From the NCBI GenBank assembly GCA_027001995.1, contig JALTLO010000202.1, positions 1-64,000 on the forward strand: a stretch of 64,000 nt of DNA, given 5' to 3'. A program made the translations under genes and the position numbers. Below the pieces are notes generated by a model. That model was not told where the DNA came from and ran no database searches. It saw nothing but the letters and a program-made list of their open reading frames with translations. Source of the DNA: Planctomycetota bacterium. GTDB taxonomy: Bacteria > Planctomycetota > GCA-002687715 > DRQF01. Each line of letters starts with the position of its first letter. Positions within the stretch are counted from its first letter, which is position 1. Shown in pieces: positions 55,608 through 64,000 of the stretch.

Positions 55608-57166
55608 GCGGTACGCCTCAGGCTGATAATGGTGATGTCAAACTCGCCTGGCTCTTCTGACAAGTTTGCGTCGATTTTGGCAGCTAACTTGGATGCCACT
55701 GCAATCTCGTCTGATTTCGCCACCGCCATGGTCGCTTTGAAGAATCGGGTTTCTCCTAACTCCTCGCCACTTTTGAGTTTCAATTGAGTTAGACCTGCGG
55801 CAGAAAGTAGGAGGAGATCGTCCTTCTTCAAGATGAATTCTTCCTCCTCCAAGCTGCGGTCGAAAACCGGCCCTTTGTCCAAGCCCATGGCGATCCCTGC
55901 CGGATGGTGGTTCATGAGTTCGCTGCTTTCGGCCAGCCACCTCAGTGTTGGCATCTTGTGGCCAGCGCAAGCGATCTTGACCTCATGGGTCTGGTGATCG
56001 TAGACAGCATAGATGGCGGTCACATACATGCCTCTTCGCAGATCGGGGGAGAAAAGAGCGTTCATGCGCTTGAGAGTTGCAGCGGGACTTGAGTTCTCTG
56101 GAGCGACGGCCCGAAAAGTCGAGCGGGCCATGGCCAAGATGACCGCTGCGGGGACTCCCCGGCCACTGGCAGAAAGAAGGAGCAGGCCGGTCTTCTCACC
56201 GGGTAGATCAATGAAGTCAAAGAGGTCGCTCGAAAGATCTCCTCCGGCTTCGAATACTGCGTCGACTTGAGAATTCGGAATCTGGGGCAAGGTTGAAGGG
56301 CAGAGCTTCTCTTGGATTTCTTGGGTGATTTGCTCTTGGTGTTCCTTATCTGATAAATCCGCCTTTAGGTCTTGGGCCTCTTCCAAGCCTTGAGTCATCT
56401 CATCGATCGACTGAGCTAAGACGCCGATTTCGTCTCGCGAGTTGACCTGGCTTCGGTGGCTTAGGTTCCCTTTCGAGATGATTGCGATGTCATGGAGCAG
56501 GGTGTCTAAGGGCTTGGTCACACTCTTAGCAACAGCAAAGGAAACAAAAACTCCCACCAAGATTCCGATGATCGAAAAAAGGATGATGCTGGTGAGAAGA
56601 CTGTCCAACTCGGCTTCGAGACTTTCTTCCGAGATGAAGACCTCAACTGCTGCGATCGTCTGATTTCGATTCGTCGGCTTGACAATGGCGTGCCAGAACG
56701 AACGAACTGGAATCTCTTTGTCCCGCGAGTTCATCAGCGTACCGCGCCGAATGCGTACGGCACCGACATTCTCTAATTCTTCATTGACCCGCAGTTTGAG
56801 TTCGTTGCGCCCGGTGGCACTGATAACGAAGTCGTATTTATTCTCGCCGTTGAGTTCGTAAATGGCGACTTCTTCAACATCGTCTGTCAGCAAATCCTGC
56901 ATTCGTTTGACGTTGTCTTTGTTGTGCCAGTCGGGAGCCGCCAAGGCCTTGGCAGAGAAAAGGCCAGCTGTGTTAATCTGAGCCTCCAAGGCTTCTCTTG
57001 AAGAGCCATAGAGGGAATATCCCAGAGCCAAGAGGAGGAGAGCAATCACCACACTGATGGGAATGGCGAATTTCAGCCCGAGCCCCAGCCCACGTTTTTT
57101 CTTATGGCTGTCATCATGTGAAACTCCTGTCGTATTCTCTCGGGAGCGTGCTTTTCGCTTTGGCAT
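55604..57166 (-). CDS. Membrane HAMP + SpoIIE/PP2C-like domain protein with degenerate active site
   Basis: Two TMs, HAMP (KPL..L...DEIGVLA), QEIQ..L.P, SGRGVPAA, MYVTA.Y, ACAGH, DITII. Confidence 0.88.
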   Translation of the reverse strand: MPKRKARSRENTTGVSHDDSHKKKRGLGLGLKFAIPISVVIALLLLALGYSLYGSSREALEAQINTAGLFSAKALAAPDWHNKDNVKRMQDLLTDDVEEVAIYELNGENKYDFVISATGRNELKLRVNEELENVGAVRIRRGTLMNSRDKEIPVRSFWHAIVKPTNRNQTIAAVEVFISEESLEAELDSLLTSIILFSIIGILVGVFVSFAVAKSVTKPLDTLLHDIAIISKGNLSHRSQVNSRDEIGVLAQSIDEMTQGLEEAQDLKADLSDKEHQEQITQEIQEKLCPSTLPQIPNSQVDAVFEAGGDLSSDLFDFIDLPGEKTGLLLLSASGRGVPAAVILAMARSTFRAVAPENSSPAATLKRMNALFSPDLRRGMYVTAIYAVYDHQTHEVKIACAGHKMPTLRWLAESSELMNHHPAGIAMGLDKGPVFDRSLEEEEFILKKDDLLLLSAAGLTQLKLKSGEELGETRFFKATMAVAKSDEIAVASKLAAKIDANLSEEPGEFDITIISLRRTA

Positions 57167-57178
57167 TTTCTCTCGGCC

Positions 57179-57625
57179 CTAATTTAAGACGGACTCGATT
57201 GCCCAACTCAAGATGAGAGCTAGGATCCCTGCTAGAACATCATCATAGACCACGCCATAACCATTCGTCCACTTTTCCACTCTTCGAATTGGTCCAGGTT
57301 TCCACATGTCGAATAAACGGAAGAGGAGGAAGCCCAAAAGGAGTGTGTGGGGACCAGCGGCAAAAGGCCGCCAGATCGCGATCCACAGGCCAGCCGCTTC
57401 ATCGTAGACGAAGTCCTGAGGATCTTTTCCTCCGGTCTTGGTCATGAAACGGCGAGCCAGGGGCGGACCTGTAAGGGTGGCGAATACGGCGAGGAAACCG
57501 ATGGATGTTGAGTAGAACTCGATGGGAATGAGGTAGGCGATCAGAAGAGCCACCATGGAACCACATGTTCCGGGCATGATTGGAGAGTTTCCTGAGCCAA
57601 ACATGGTCCCAATGAATCGTACCAT
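57179..57625 (-). CDS. pgpA: Phosphatidylglycerophosphatase A
   Basis: FGSG..P.MPGT.GS, KDP..FVYDE..G, FLLFRLFD.WKP.PI, GVVYDDVLAG. Confidence 0.95.
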   Translation of the reverse strand: MVRFIGTMFGSGNSPIMPGTCGSMVALLIAYLIPIEFYSTSIGFLAVFATLTGPPLARRFMTKTGGKDPQDFVYDEAAGLWIAIWRPFAAGPHTLLLGFLLFRLFDMWKPGPIRRVEKWTNGYGVVYDDVLAGILALILSWAIESVLN

Positions 57626-57649
57626 CTGCCGTGTGCCTCTGAATAAGCG

Positions 57650-58258
57650 TCAAATATCGTTGGCACCAATATGTCGTGAAGCTTTCACGATATAGAGGCC
57701 GCCGGAGTAAATTGTCAGAAGGACGGTGATCCAGACCAGGGCATGGGAGGAGTAGTGGATCCATCCAGGAGTTTGGGGACTTGTGGCTACGACGCCGATC
57801 AAGAAACCGATCGCCAAGCTTTGAGCGACCATCTTAATTTTGCCGGCCATTTCGGCACCAAAATCGATCCCTTGGCTTTCCATATATCCGCGAATACCAT
57901 TCACTAAGAACTCGCGAAAGAGGACAACAGCCACCATCCACGGGTGTAAATAGCTCGTGGTCTCAGGGATCGAAGCCAAGAATACCAAGCTACTGCAAAT
58001 GACAACTTTGTCTACGAATGGATCGGCGATCCTGCCAAAAGCGGTTACGGTGTTGTCCCGCCTGGCGATGTAACCGTCCAAGGCATCACTGGCTGTAGCG
58101 GCAATGAAGAAAAACAGAGCGATCCATGCAGCCTCACTTCGCCAACTATCCACCCAAAAGTCTTCTTGTATCAGCAAGAGGAAGGCGAAGGATACCATAG
58201 CGAGAAGCAGCCGGAACATGGTGACCCGGTTCGCCAAATTGAATTTGGGAATCAGCAC
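57650..58258 (-). CDS. pgsA: CDP-diacylglycerol--glycerol-3-phosphate 3-phosphatidyltransferase
   Basis: NLAN.VT.FR, DALDGYIARR...T.FG..ADP..DK, REFLV.G.R, GKIKM..Q. Confidence 0.95.
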   Translation of the reverse strand: MLIPKFNLANRVTMFRLLLAMVSFAFLLLIQEDFWVDSWRSEAAWIALFFFIAATASDALDGYIARRDNTVTAFGRIADPFVDKVVICSSLVFLASIPETTSYLHPWMVAVVLFREFLVNGIRGYMESQGIDFGAEMAGKIKMVAQSLAIGFLIGVVATSPQTPGWIHYSSHALVWITVLLTIYSGGLYIVKASRHIGANDI

Positions 58259-59586
58259 GTTCCACAGCCCTCACTCAGTTGACCGTAAAGATCGTAAGCT
58301 TCCGCTTTCTCCACCTTTACCTGGACGATATCACCAGCCTTCACCGCAGGGCCTTTGACGAAGACTTTTCCGTCGATTTCTGGGGCGTCTGACTTGCTCC
58401 TCCCAATGGATGTCTCGGAGCCTTCTCCTGGATCTTCGATCAAGACATCAATGGTTCGACCGACGAATCTTTGGTTTCTCTTCTTTGAGATTTCTTGTTG
58501 CAATGACATCAAGCGGTCTAAGCGCTCTTGTTTGAGCTCTGGTGAAACTTGGTCCGGCAAGTCGATTGCCGGGCTCCCTTCTTCTGGGGAGTACATGAAG
58601 GCCCCAAGGCGGTCAAACTGATGACGTTCAGCGAAAGAGAGTAGATGTTCGAAATCGGCGTCGGTCTCTCCGGGGAAGCCAACGATCATGGTCGTCCGGA
58701 GGGTCATATCAGGGTTCCTTGATCGTAGCTTGTCGACCATGGATTCCACGTCCTTCTCCCGAGTCTTGCGCTTCATCAGCTCCAACATGTGATTGGAGCT
58801 ATGCTGGAGTGGCACATCAATGTAAGGGAGGACTTTTCTTCCATTTGAAAGTAAAGTGGCTAGTTCGTCACTCACTTCAGTGGGGTAGGCGTAGAGCAGG
58901 CGAACCCAAGAAATCTCGTCTACTTTTTCTAAATTCTCGAGAAGTTCTACGATCCTGAAACGGCCGTAAAGGTCGACCCCATACATGGTGGAATCTTGGG
59001 CCACGACATTGATTTCTTTGGCGCCCATCTGTCCCAAACGTCGGGCTTTCTCGACCAGCTCTTCTAATGGAAAACTCTTGAGGCGACCGCGGATCTGGGG
59101 GATGACGCAGAATGTGCAGGTGTGGTTGCAGCCTTCAGCGATCTTGAGATAAGAGAAGTGGGCCGGTGTCAGTCGGGCTTGAACATAGCGCCCAGGAGTC
59201 ACGAATCCGGGGGTAGTGACTTCGGCCTGAGGCAAGTATTCATTGACATAGTCGTTGATACGATTGTAGTCAGCGAAATCTATGAGGCGGTCGACCTCGG
59301 GCACCGCTGCAATGAGCTGCTCTTTGTAGTTGCCCACCATGCATCCGGTTACGAAGAGGGCCTTGAGGCCAGACTTCTTGAGGGCGGCAGCTTCCCGAAT
59401 GGTCTGAATAGACTCTTCCCGAGCAGAGCCCAAGAAACCGCAGGTATTCACCACGACCACATCCGCCTCGGCTGGGTCGATCACGATCTCAGCATTATTA
59501 GTAATCAGATCGGAAACAAGTCCTTCTGAATCGACCAGATTCTTGGGGCACCCCAAGCTGATCAATGAGATCCTGCGGTTTCTCAA
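58252..59586 (-). CDS. rimO: Ribosomal protein S12 methylthiotransferase RimO
   Basis: SLGCPKNLVDSE, VNTCGF, YLKIAEGCNHTCTFC.IP, W.RL.Y.YP, DAPEIDG, TRAM domain. Confidence 0.97.
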   Translation of the reverse strand: MRNRRISLISLGCPKNLVDSEGLVSDLITNNAEIVIDPAEADVVVVNTCGFLGSAREESIQTIREAAALKKSGLKALFVTGCMVGNYKEQLIAAVPEVDRLIDFADYNRINDYVNEYLPQAEVTTPGFVTPGRYVQARLTPAHFSYLKIAEGCNHTCTFCVIPQIRGRLKSFPLEELVEKARRLGQMGAKEINVVAQDSTMYGVDLYGRFRIVELLENLEKVDEISWVRLLYAYPTEVSDELATLLSNGRKVLPYIDVPLQHSSNHMLELMKRKTREKDVESMVDKLRSRNPDMTLRTTMIVGFPGETDADFEHLLSFAERHQFDRLGAFMYSPEEGSPAIDLPDQVSPELKQERLDRLMSLQQEISKKRNQRFVGRTIDVLIEDPGEGSETSIGRSKSDAPEIDGKVFVKGPAVKAGDIVQVKVEKAEAYDLYGQLSEGCGTC

Positions 59587-59592
59587 CTTTGG

Positions 59593-62037
59593 CTATATCC
59601 TGCCGGCTTGCCAATCGTCATGATCGACAAGAATCTCGTGACTTCCGCTGCCTGAATAGGGTCCTACTAAACCCTCGGATTCCATGCGTTCAATAATGGC
59701 AGCGGCCTGGGCAAAGTCTACGCGCAGATTTCGTTGTAGAAAAGAGATCCGGCAAGTGTCTTGCTCAAGGCAAAGGGATACCGCCTCCTGATAGAAGGTT
59801 TCCGCTAAGGCGTCAAAAGGGGATTCTGGGGCACCAGCTTGAACCGGGGCGGGCATTTCTTCCGTCAGGGGAGCTTCGAAAGGAGCCGATTCTCCTACCG
59901 CATCAGGAGTTAGGGAACTTTCAGATTCTGAGCCAGACTCTTGGTCGCCTTCAGAAGGGCTATTGGCTATTTCTCCAATCTCCGATTTTTCCAGGGCCTT
60001 TTTCGTTTCTTCGGCTTCGATTATTCCCAGTAAATTCTCATCTTCTGGGAGGAATTCTTCGTCGAAGGGGTCGCTCTCTTCGACCTGGGCAAAAGCGTCG
60101 TCAATGGAACCTCCAGAGAATTGCTCTTCATCTTCAATGAATTCTCCAGCTTCATCCTCCCTTTTGGAAACCTGCGATTCGGCCTCCACCTTCTCAACCT
60201 CCATCACCGAGTCCTGTTTGACTTCTTCCAAGGCTGCGGGGCGAGGTGGTGCGGAGTCTTCCCCCCATGGGGCCCAATCATCATCAAGCTCCCTGACTTC
60301 CCCTTTGGTGGGGGCTGGGATGCTTGGGGTTTCGGCCGTGATCGAAGCCGGTGCCGCATAGCGAGCCAAGTCTAGGGCTGAGCTTTCTTCTTCTTCGGCG
60401 GCGGGGTCAAGAACGTCGATCTGGTCTATGGCGCCCCATTCCATGTCGTCATTTTCGTGACTAAAGAGCAGTTGTTGGAATTCGACTTCTTCTGGTTCGT
60501 CCACGAGTTCACCTTCAATGTTGTCCATTTCGTCGTCATGGAATGCTCTTGGGGGAGCGGTTTCGTAGTCAATCTCTTCTAAGTCTGATGCTTCATCATA
60601 GGCGTCGGCTTCGATGACTTTGTTTTCATAGTCTTGAACTTCGTAGACCGGATTCTCTTCTTCTTCGAAGAGTTCATCTAAGTCGGAATCCAAGAGTGCT
60701 TGGGTGTCGGGGCCAAAGCTCTCAATGTTAGAATTCGAGGCCGCGAGTTCTTCCTCTTCTTCCAGTTCTTCGAGCTCTTCGAATTCTTGCCCCAACGAGG
60801 AATCTTCTTCCTCAAGTTCGACGATGGAAGCCTCCAAATCAGTTTCATCTTCTCCATCATCATCTTCGAATTCTAACTCTTCCGTGTCTTCTTCTAAGAA
60901 GTCTTCTTCTTCGAATTCTGCAACGGCTTCCTCTTCTTCCTGTTCTGCGTTTTCATCCACAGGTTCAAGCACTTCGCCAAAGAGATCAAAGTCATTTTCT
61001 GCAGAAATCGGCTGTGACCAATCTAACTGAGGAATACCGTCATCTTCTTCTCGTTCTTCGTCTACAGCTTCCTCGTGCTGGGGCCTGCTTGTTTCGGGTT
61101 CGTCAAAAGTCAGCTCTTGATTCGTGGAATCATGGGGTTCTGCCAACTCCTGGGCTTCTCTGTCGGGGAGTTGAGTGGGGACTATGCTTTCGACCGAGTC
61201 TTTTGAAGTTGTCGCACCCACACCATCGTCCTCTCTTGGGGAGGGAGCTTCTGCGTCGATGGAAACGTCCGTGATTGCATTCTCAGTCTCCAAAGGGTCC
61301 AGGTCATCGAGAATGGTCCCATCGCTTCCCAAGGAAGAGATCGGTGTGCTGAGTTCTAAACGGCCGTCTTCTGAGTCAAGAGAAATGGGGTTGCCCAAGT
61401 CAAAAGCGGGTCTCTCCAGGGTGGTTGTTCGTCGCGATGAAGATTTGAGCTCCTGGACGTGAGTGTTTTCAGATTCCTCTGACTCTCCGCCGATGCCTAA
61501 TGCGAAAGCTGGTGCGGCGGGCTGATTGCTCAGGAGTCTGCGTACTTCCTCGAAGAAGAACCAATCTCTGGCCATGTAGGCACCAAACACCACAAGAGTC
61601 GCAGCCACAAAGTAGGCCAGTGTCTGAGGGAGTGCAAACTGGAATGCGTCACGAAGCATTTCTCCAAACTGTCCACCCCAAATAGAACCGTTTCCTTCGA
61701 TCAGAGCCACCAGGCTTGACAGGGCTAAGATTAGCAGGGGGAGCCCCACCGCCCTTCGAGGAAGATCGTTAAGAGTGTGCTTCATCCACAAAACCAATGC
61801 CATGCCACTCAGACATGCAGTGGCTAAGTAGGCTCCTAAGAGACCAAATGCCCGGGCTGGAATCAGGGCTAAATTGAGCACTGTGCTTTCGTGGGGCAAT
61901 GTCATGGCAGCGCCACCTTCCCGCAAATGGGTGGCGATCAGGAAGATCATATATGTGATGCACAGGCCAAAACCTGCCAAGGTAGTCCATTCCGATGCAG
62001 CTGCTGACTTCTTGTCGTTGTCTTCAGGGCTCGTCAT
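59593..62037 (-). CDS. FtsK-like protein lacking the ATPase motor: 4TM-like anchor + long acidic linker + FtsK gamma-like domain
   Basis: GAGGAG RBS. N-terminal TMs with FGLLGAYLA and GGQFG. No Walker A/B. C-terminal FYQEAV...ISFLQRNLRVDFAQAAAIIERMESEGLVGP aligns with the gamma domain of the adjacent FtsK. Confidence 0.85.
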   Translation of the reverse strand: MTSPEDNDKKSAAASEWTTLAGFGLCITYMIFLIATHLREGGAAMTLPHESTVLNLALIPARAFGLLGAYLATACLSGMALVLWMKHTLNDLPRRAVGLPLLILALSSLVALIEGNGSIWGGQFGEMLRDAFQFALPQTLAYFVAATLVVFGAYMARDWFFFEEVRRLLSNQPAAPAFALGIGGESEESENTHVQELKSSSRRTTTLERPAFDLGNPISLDSEDGRLELSTPISSLGSDGTILDDLDPLETENAITDVSIDAEAPSPREDDGVGATTSKDSVESIVPTQLPDREAQELAEPHDSTNQELTFDEPETSRPQHEEAVDEEREEDDGIPQLDWSQPISAENDFDLFGEVLEPVDENAEQEEEEAVAEFEEEDFLEEDTEELEFEDDDGEDETDLEASIVELEEEDSSLGQEFEELEELEEEEELAASNSNIESFGPDTQALLDSDLDELFEEEENPVYEVQDYENKVIEADAYDEASDLEEIDYETAPPRAFHDDEMDNIEGELVDEPEEVEFQQLLFSHENDDMEWGAIDQIDVLDPAAEEEESSALDLARYAAPASITAETPSIPAPTKGEVRELDDDWAPWGEDSAPPRPAALEEVKQDSVMEVEKVEAESQVSKREDEAGEFIEDEEQFSGGSIDDAFAQVEESDPFDEEFLPEDENLLGIIEAEETKKALEKSEIGEIANSPSEGDQESGSESESSLTPDAVGESAPFEAPLTEEMPAPVQAGAPESPFDALAETFYQEAVSLCLEQDTCRISFLQRNLRVDFAQAAAIIERMESEGLVGPYSGSGSHEILVDHDDWQAGRI

Positions 62038-62069
62038 GATTTAGTCTCCTCAAAACGCCTACTTCGTTA

Positions 62070-64000
62070 CTAGGCCGTCTGTTGCTTTTCCCAATCTTCC
62101 AGCGTCAACATCACTTCACGAGCTTTACTGCCTTTGAAGTTGCCAACGATGCCATCTTCAGCCATGAAATCCACTAAGCGCGCGGCTCTGGTATAGCCAA
62201 CACCTAATTTTCGCTGAAGCATGGAGACCGAACCTCTTTGGCTGGCCAAAACGGCTCGAACCGCATCATTGTAAAGGGCATCGCGATCTTGAAAACCTTC
62301 TTCCGACTTCTCTGACGAGGTCGGGACTTGGGTGAGTTCGCGACTGTATTCTGGTTGCGCCACGTCTTTGATGTAGCGCACAATGGATTTGATTTCTTCG
62401 TCACTGACCAAGGCAGCTTGACAGCGGATTGGACCACCACCAGAACGAGGAGACATGAACAACATGTCACCACGGCCCAGGAGACGTTCGGCTCCCATGG
62501 CATCAAGAATTGTCCGAGAGTCAATCTTACTGGCTGTTCTGAATGACAAACGGGAGGGCATGTTGGACTTAATGAGGCCAGTGATAACATCGACACTTGA
62601 CCGTTGAGTCGCCAAAATGACATGCACACCAACAGCCCGAGACTTCTGGGCCAAACGACAAATACTCTGCTCAACTTCCTTGGCAGAGGTCATCATCAGG
62701 TCAGCCAGCTCATCGACAATCAAAACAACATAGGGCAGATGCTTCTGCATCGTTTCTATTTCTTCGATGGTATAGTGTTCGGCCAATCGTTCTTCGACCT
62801 CTTCTTGGCCAAGGCTATTGAAGCCCTTGATGTCACGGACACCGACGGCGGAAAGAAGTTCGTAACGATGTTCCATTTCATTGACGGCCCACTCCAAGAT
62901 TTTCGGTGCCTTACGCATGTCTGTGACAACAGGTGTGAGCAGATGGGGTACGTCGCGGAAAGCTTGTAATTCGACCATCTTAGGGTCGATTAGGATGAGA
63001 CGAACTTCTTCGGGATACTTTGTCAGAAGCAGACTAGCAATAATGGTGTTGATACAGACCGATTTGCCCGCCCCGGTTTGGCCAGCGATCAGCAAATGGG
63101 GCATGGAGGTGAGATCTTCGATCAAAGCATTGCCAGAGGCATCCATGCCTAAGAGCAGAGGGATATTGAAGTGCTTTTTTTGCAGTACTTCGCTGCAGGC
63201 AAGTGTCTTCAGGAAGACCGTTTCGCGGATGTCGTTCGGTACCTCAATACCCACCGCAGCCTTCCCTGGAATGGGTGCGACGATGCGAATTGTCTTGGCT
63301 TTAAGAGCCAAAGAAATGTCATCGGGGAGGGAGGTGATTCGCTTGACCTTGGTGCCGGCTGCCAATTCAAGTTCGTAAACGGTGATGGTCGGACCACGGG
63401 ATATTTCGACCACTTGGGCGGTGATCCCAAAGGTCTCCAAAGTCTCTTCCAATTTTCGTGCTTTTCGCCGGATTTCCCCATCTCTCTCCTCCACATCCCG
63501 AACAATCGGGTCTTCAAGGAGGCTCAAAGGAGGCAAGACATAAGTTTCCTTACCTTGGAGATGTTTTTCTCGAGATAGCTTGAGGATTTCAACGCCCTCA
63601 GACGCTGTGCTCACACCTCCCCTTCGGATGATGGGATCGCTTCGTGGAGCGGGGGCGACTTCCTCATCGTCTTCCAGCCACGCGTCTTCTGGTTCTGGAG
63701 CTTCGCTGGCGTCTTCCAAAAGTAGAGATGAATCATCTTCTTCATCTAAGTCCGCGTCGAACATGAAGTCGTCTGTGGGCTCCATGATGCCTGTTTCGTC
63801 TTCTATCTCGTATTCCACCTCTTCCTCTTCTGCTTCTTCTGCGGCATCACTGAGAGCTTCCTCTTCGTCGTCCTCAGCCGCGATGTCGTCTTCTTCCTCC
63901 AGTTCCTCCAAGACGACGGCTTTCTTCTTGGCCGCTTTTTTCTTGGCAGTTTTCTTCTTGGACTTTTTCTTCTTGGATTTGGGGGTCTTGATCTCCACCC
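62070..64000 (-). CDS. ftsK: DNA translocase FtsK (5'-partial: linker, alpha/beta motor and gamma domain)
   Basis: RIVAPIPGK..VGIEVPN, MPHLLIAGQTGAGKS, IDPKMVEL, VDELADLM, LATQR, DSRTILD..GAE.LLG.GDML, SMLQRKLGVGYTRAARL. Frame is open to the window edge. Confidence 0.98.
   Translation of the reverse strand, partial: VEIKTPKSKKKKSKKKTAKKKAAKKKAVVLEELEEEDDIAAEDDEEEALSDAAEEAEEEEVEYEIEDETGIMEPTDDFMFDADLDEEDDSSLLLEDASEAPEPEDAWLEDDEEVAPAPRSDPIIRRGGVSTASEGVEILKLSREKHLQGKETYVLPPLSLLEDPIVRDVEERDGEIRRKARKLEETLETFGITAQVVEISRGPTITVYELELAAGTKVKRITSLPDDISLALKAKTIRIVAPIPGKAAVGIEVPNDIRETVFLKTLACSEVLQKKHFNIPLLLGMDASGNALIEDLTSMPHLLIAGQTGAGKSVCINTIIASLLLTKYPEEVRLILIDPKMVELQAFRDVPHLLTPVVTDMRKAPKILEWAVNEMEHRYELLSAVGVRDIKGFNSLGQEEVEERLAEHYTIEEIETMQKHLPYVVLIVDELADLMMTSAKEVEQSICRLAQKSRAVGVHVILATQRSSVDVITGLIKSNMPSRLSFRTASKIDSRTILDAMGAERLLGRGDMLFMSPRSGGGPIRCQAALVSDEEIKSIVRYIKDVAQPEYSRELTQVPTSSEKSEEGFQDRDALYNDAVRAVLASQRGSVSMLQRKLGVGYTRAARLVDFMAEDGIVGNFKGSKAREVMLTLEDWEKQQTA

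Noticed and set aside
57110..57125. Half parS-like sequence (CATGTGAAAC)
   Set aside because: Not palindromic and inside a CDS.
1..64000. CRISPR array, tRNA/rRNA, transposase or integrase
   Set aside because: No regularly spaced repeats, tRNA T-loop/cloverleaf patterns or recombinase motifs were seen by eye. A tRNAscan/cmscan run would be needed to be certain.

Overview
Gene-dense bacterial chromosomal window of roughly mid-50s %GC (estimated by eye) with about 47 CDS. I saw no rRNA, tRNA, CRISPR array or intact mobile element. The gene content (DUF6677-like, ASPIC/UnbV, HEAT-vWA, DUF2203, large secreted MAM/LamG proteins) suggests a Planctomycetota-like organism, which is inference only. 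Core genes: gmd, sdhCAB, lysS, queC, fabZ, glgA, tsaEBD, moxR, folC, a lone sigma28-driven fliC, dprA, and a tight minus-strand run ftsK-(ftsK-like)-rimO-pgsA-pgpA-(SpoIIE-like)-(MazG-like)-priA. Most notable observations: (1) a motor-less FtsK paralog (membrane anchor, very acidic linker, altered gamma domain) directly behind true ftsK; (2) several apparent pseudoenzymes: an FHA-pseudokinase, a HAMP-PP2C lacking metal ligands, and a GT4+GT28 double glycosyltransferase with a poly-Arg/acidic linker; (3) two secreted proteins sharing a C-terminal Q...SNxVxL-aromatic motif, near a gingipain/PorU-like C25 peptidase (possible sorting system); (4) highly structured 5' leaders before the DUF2203, GT-fusion and fliC genes, the first two with the RBS sequestered; (5) an OmpR-family C-terminal pseudogene scar missed by the ORF track. 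Family calls come from motif recognition by eye, not from database searches.
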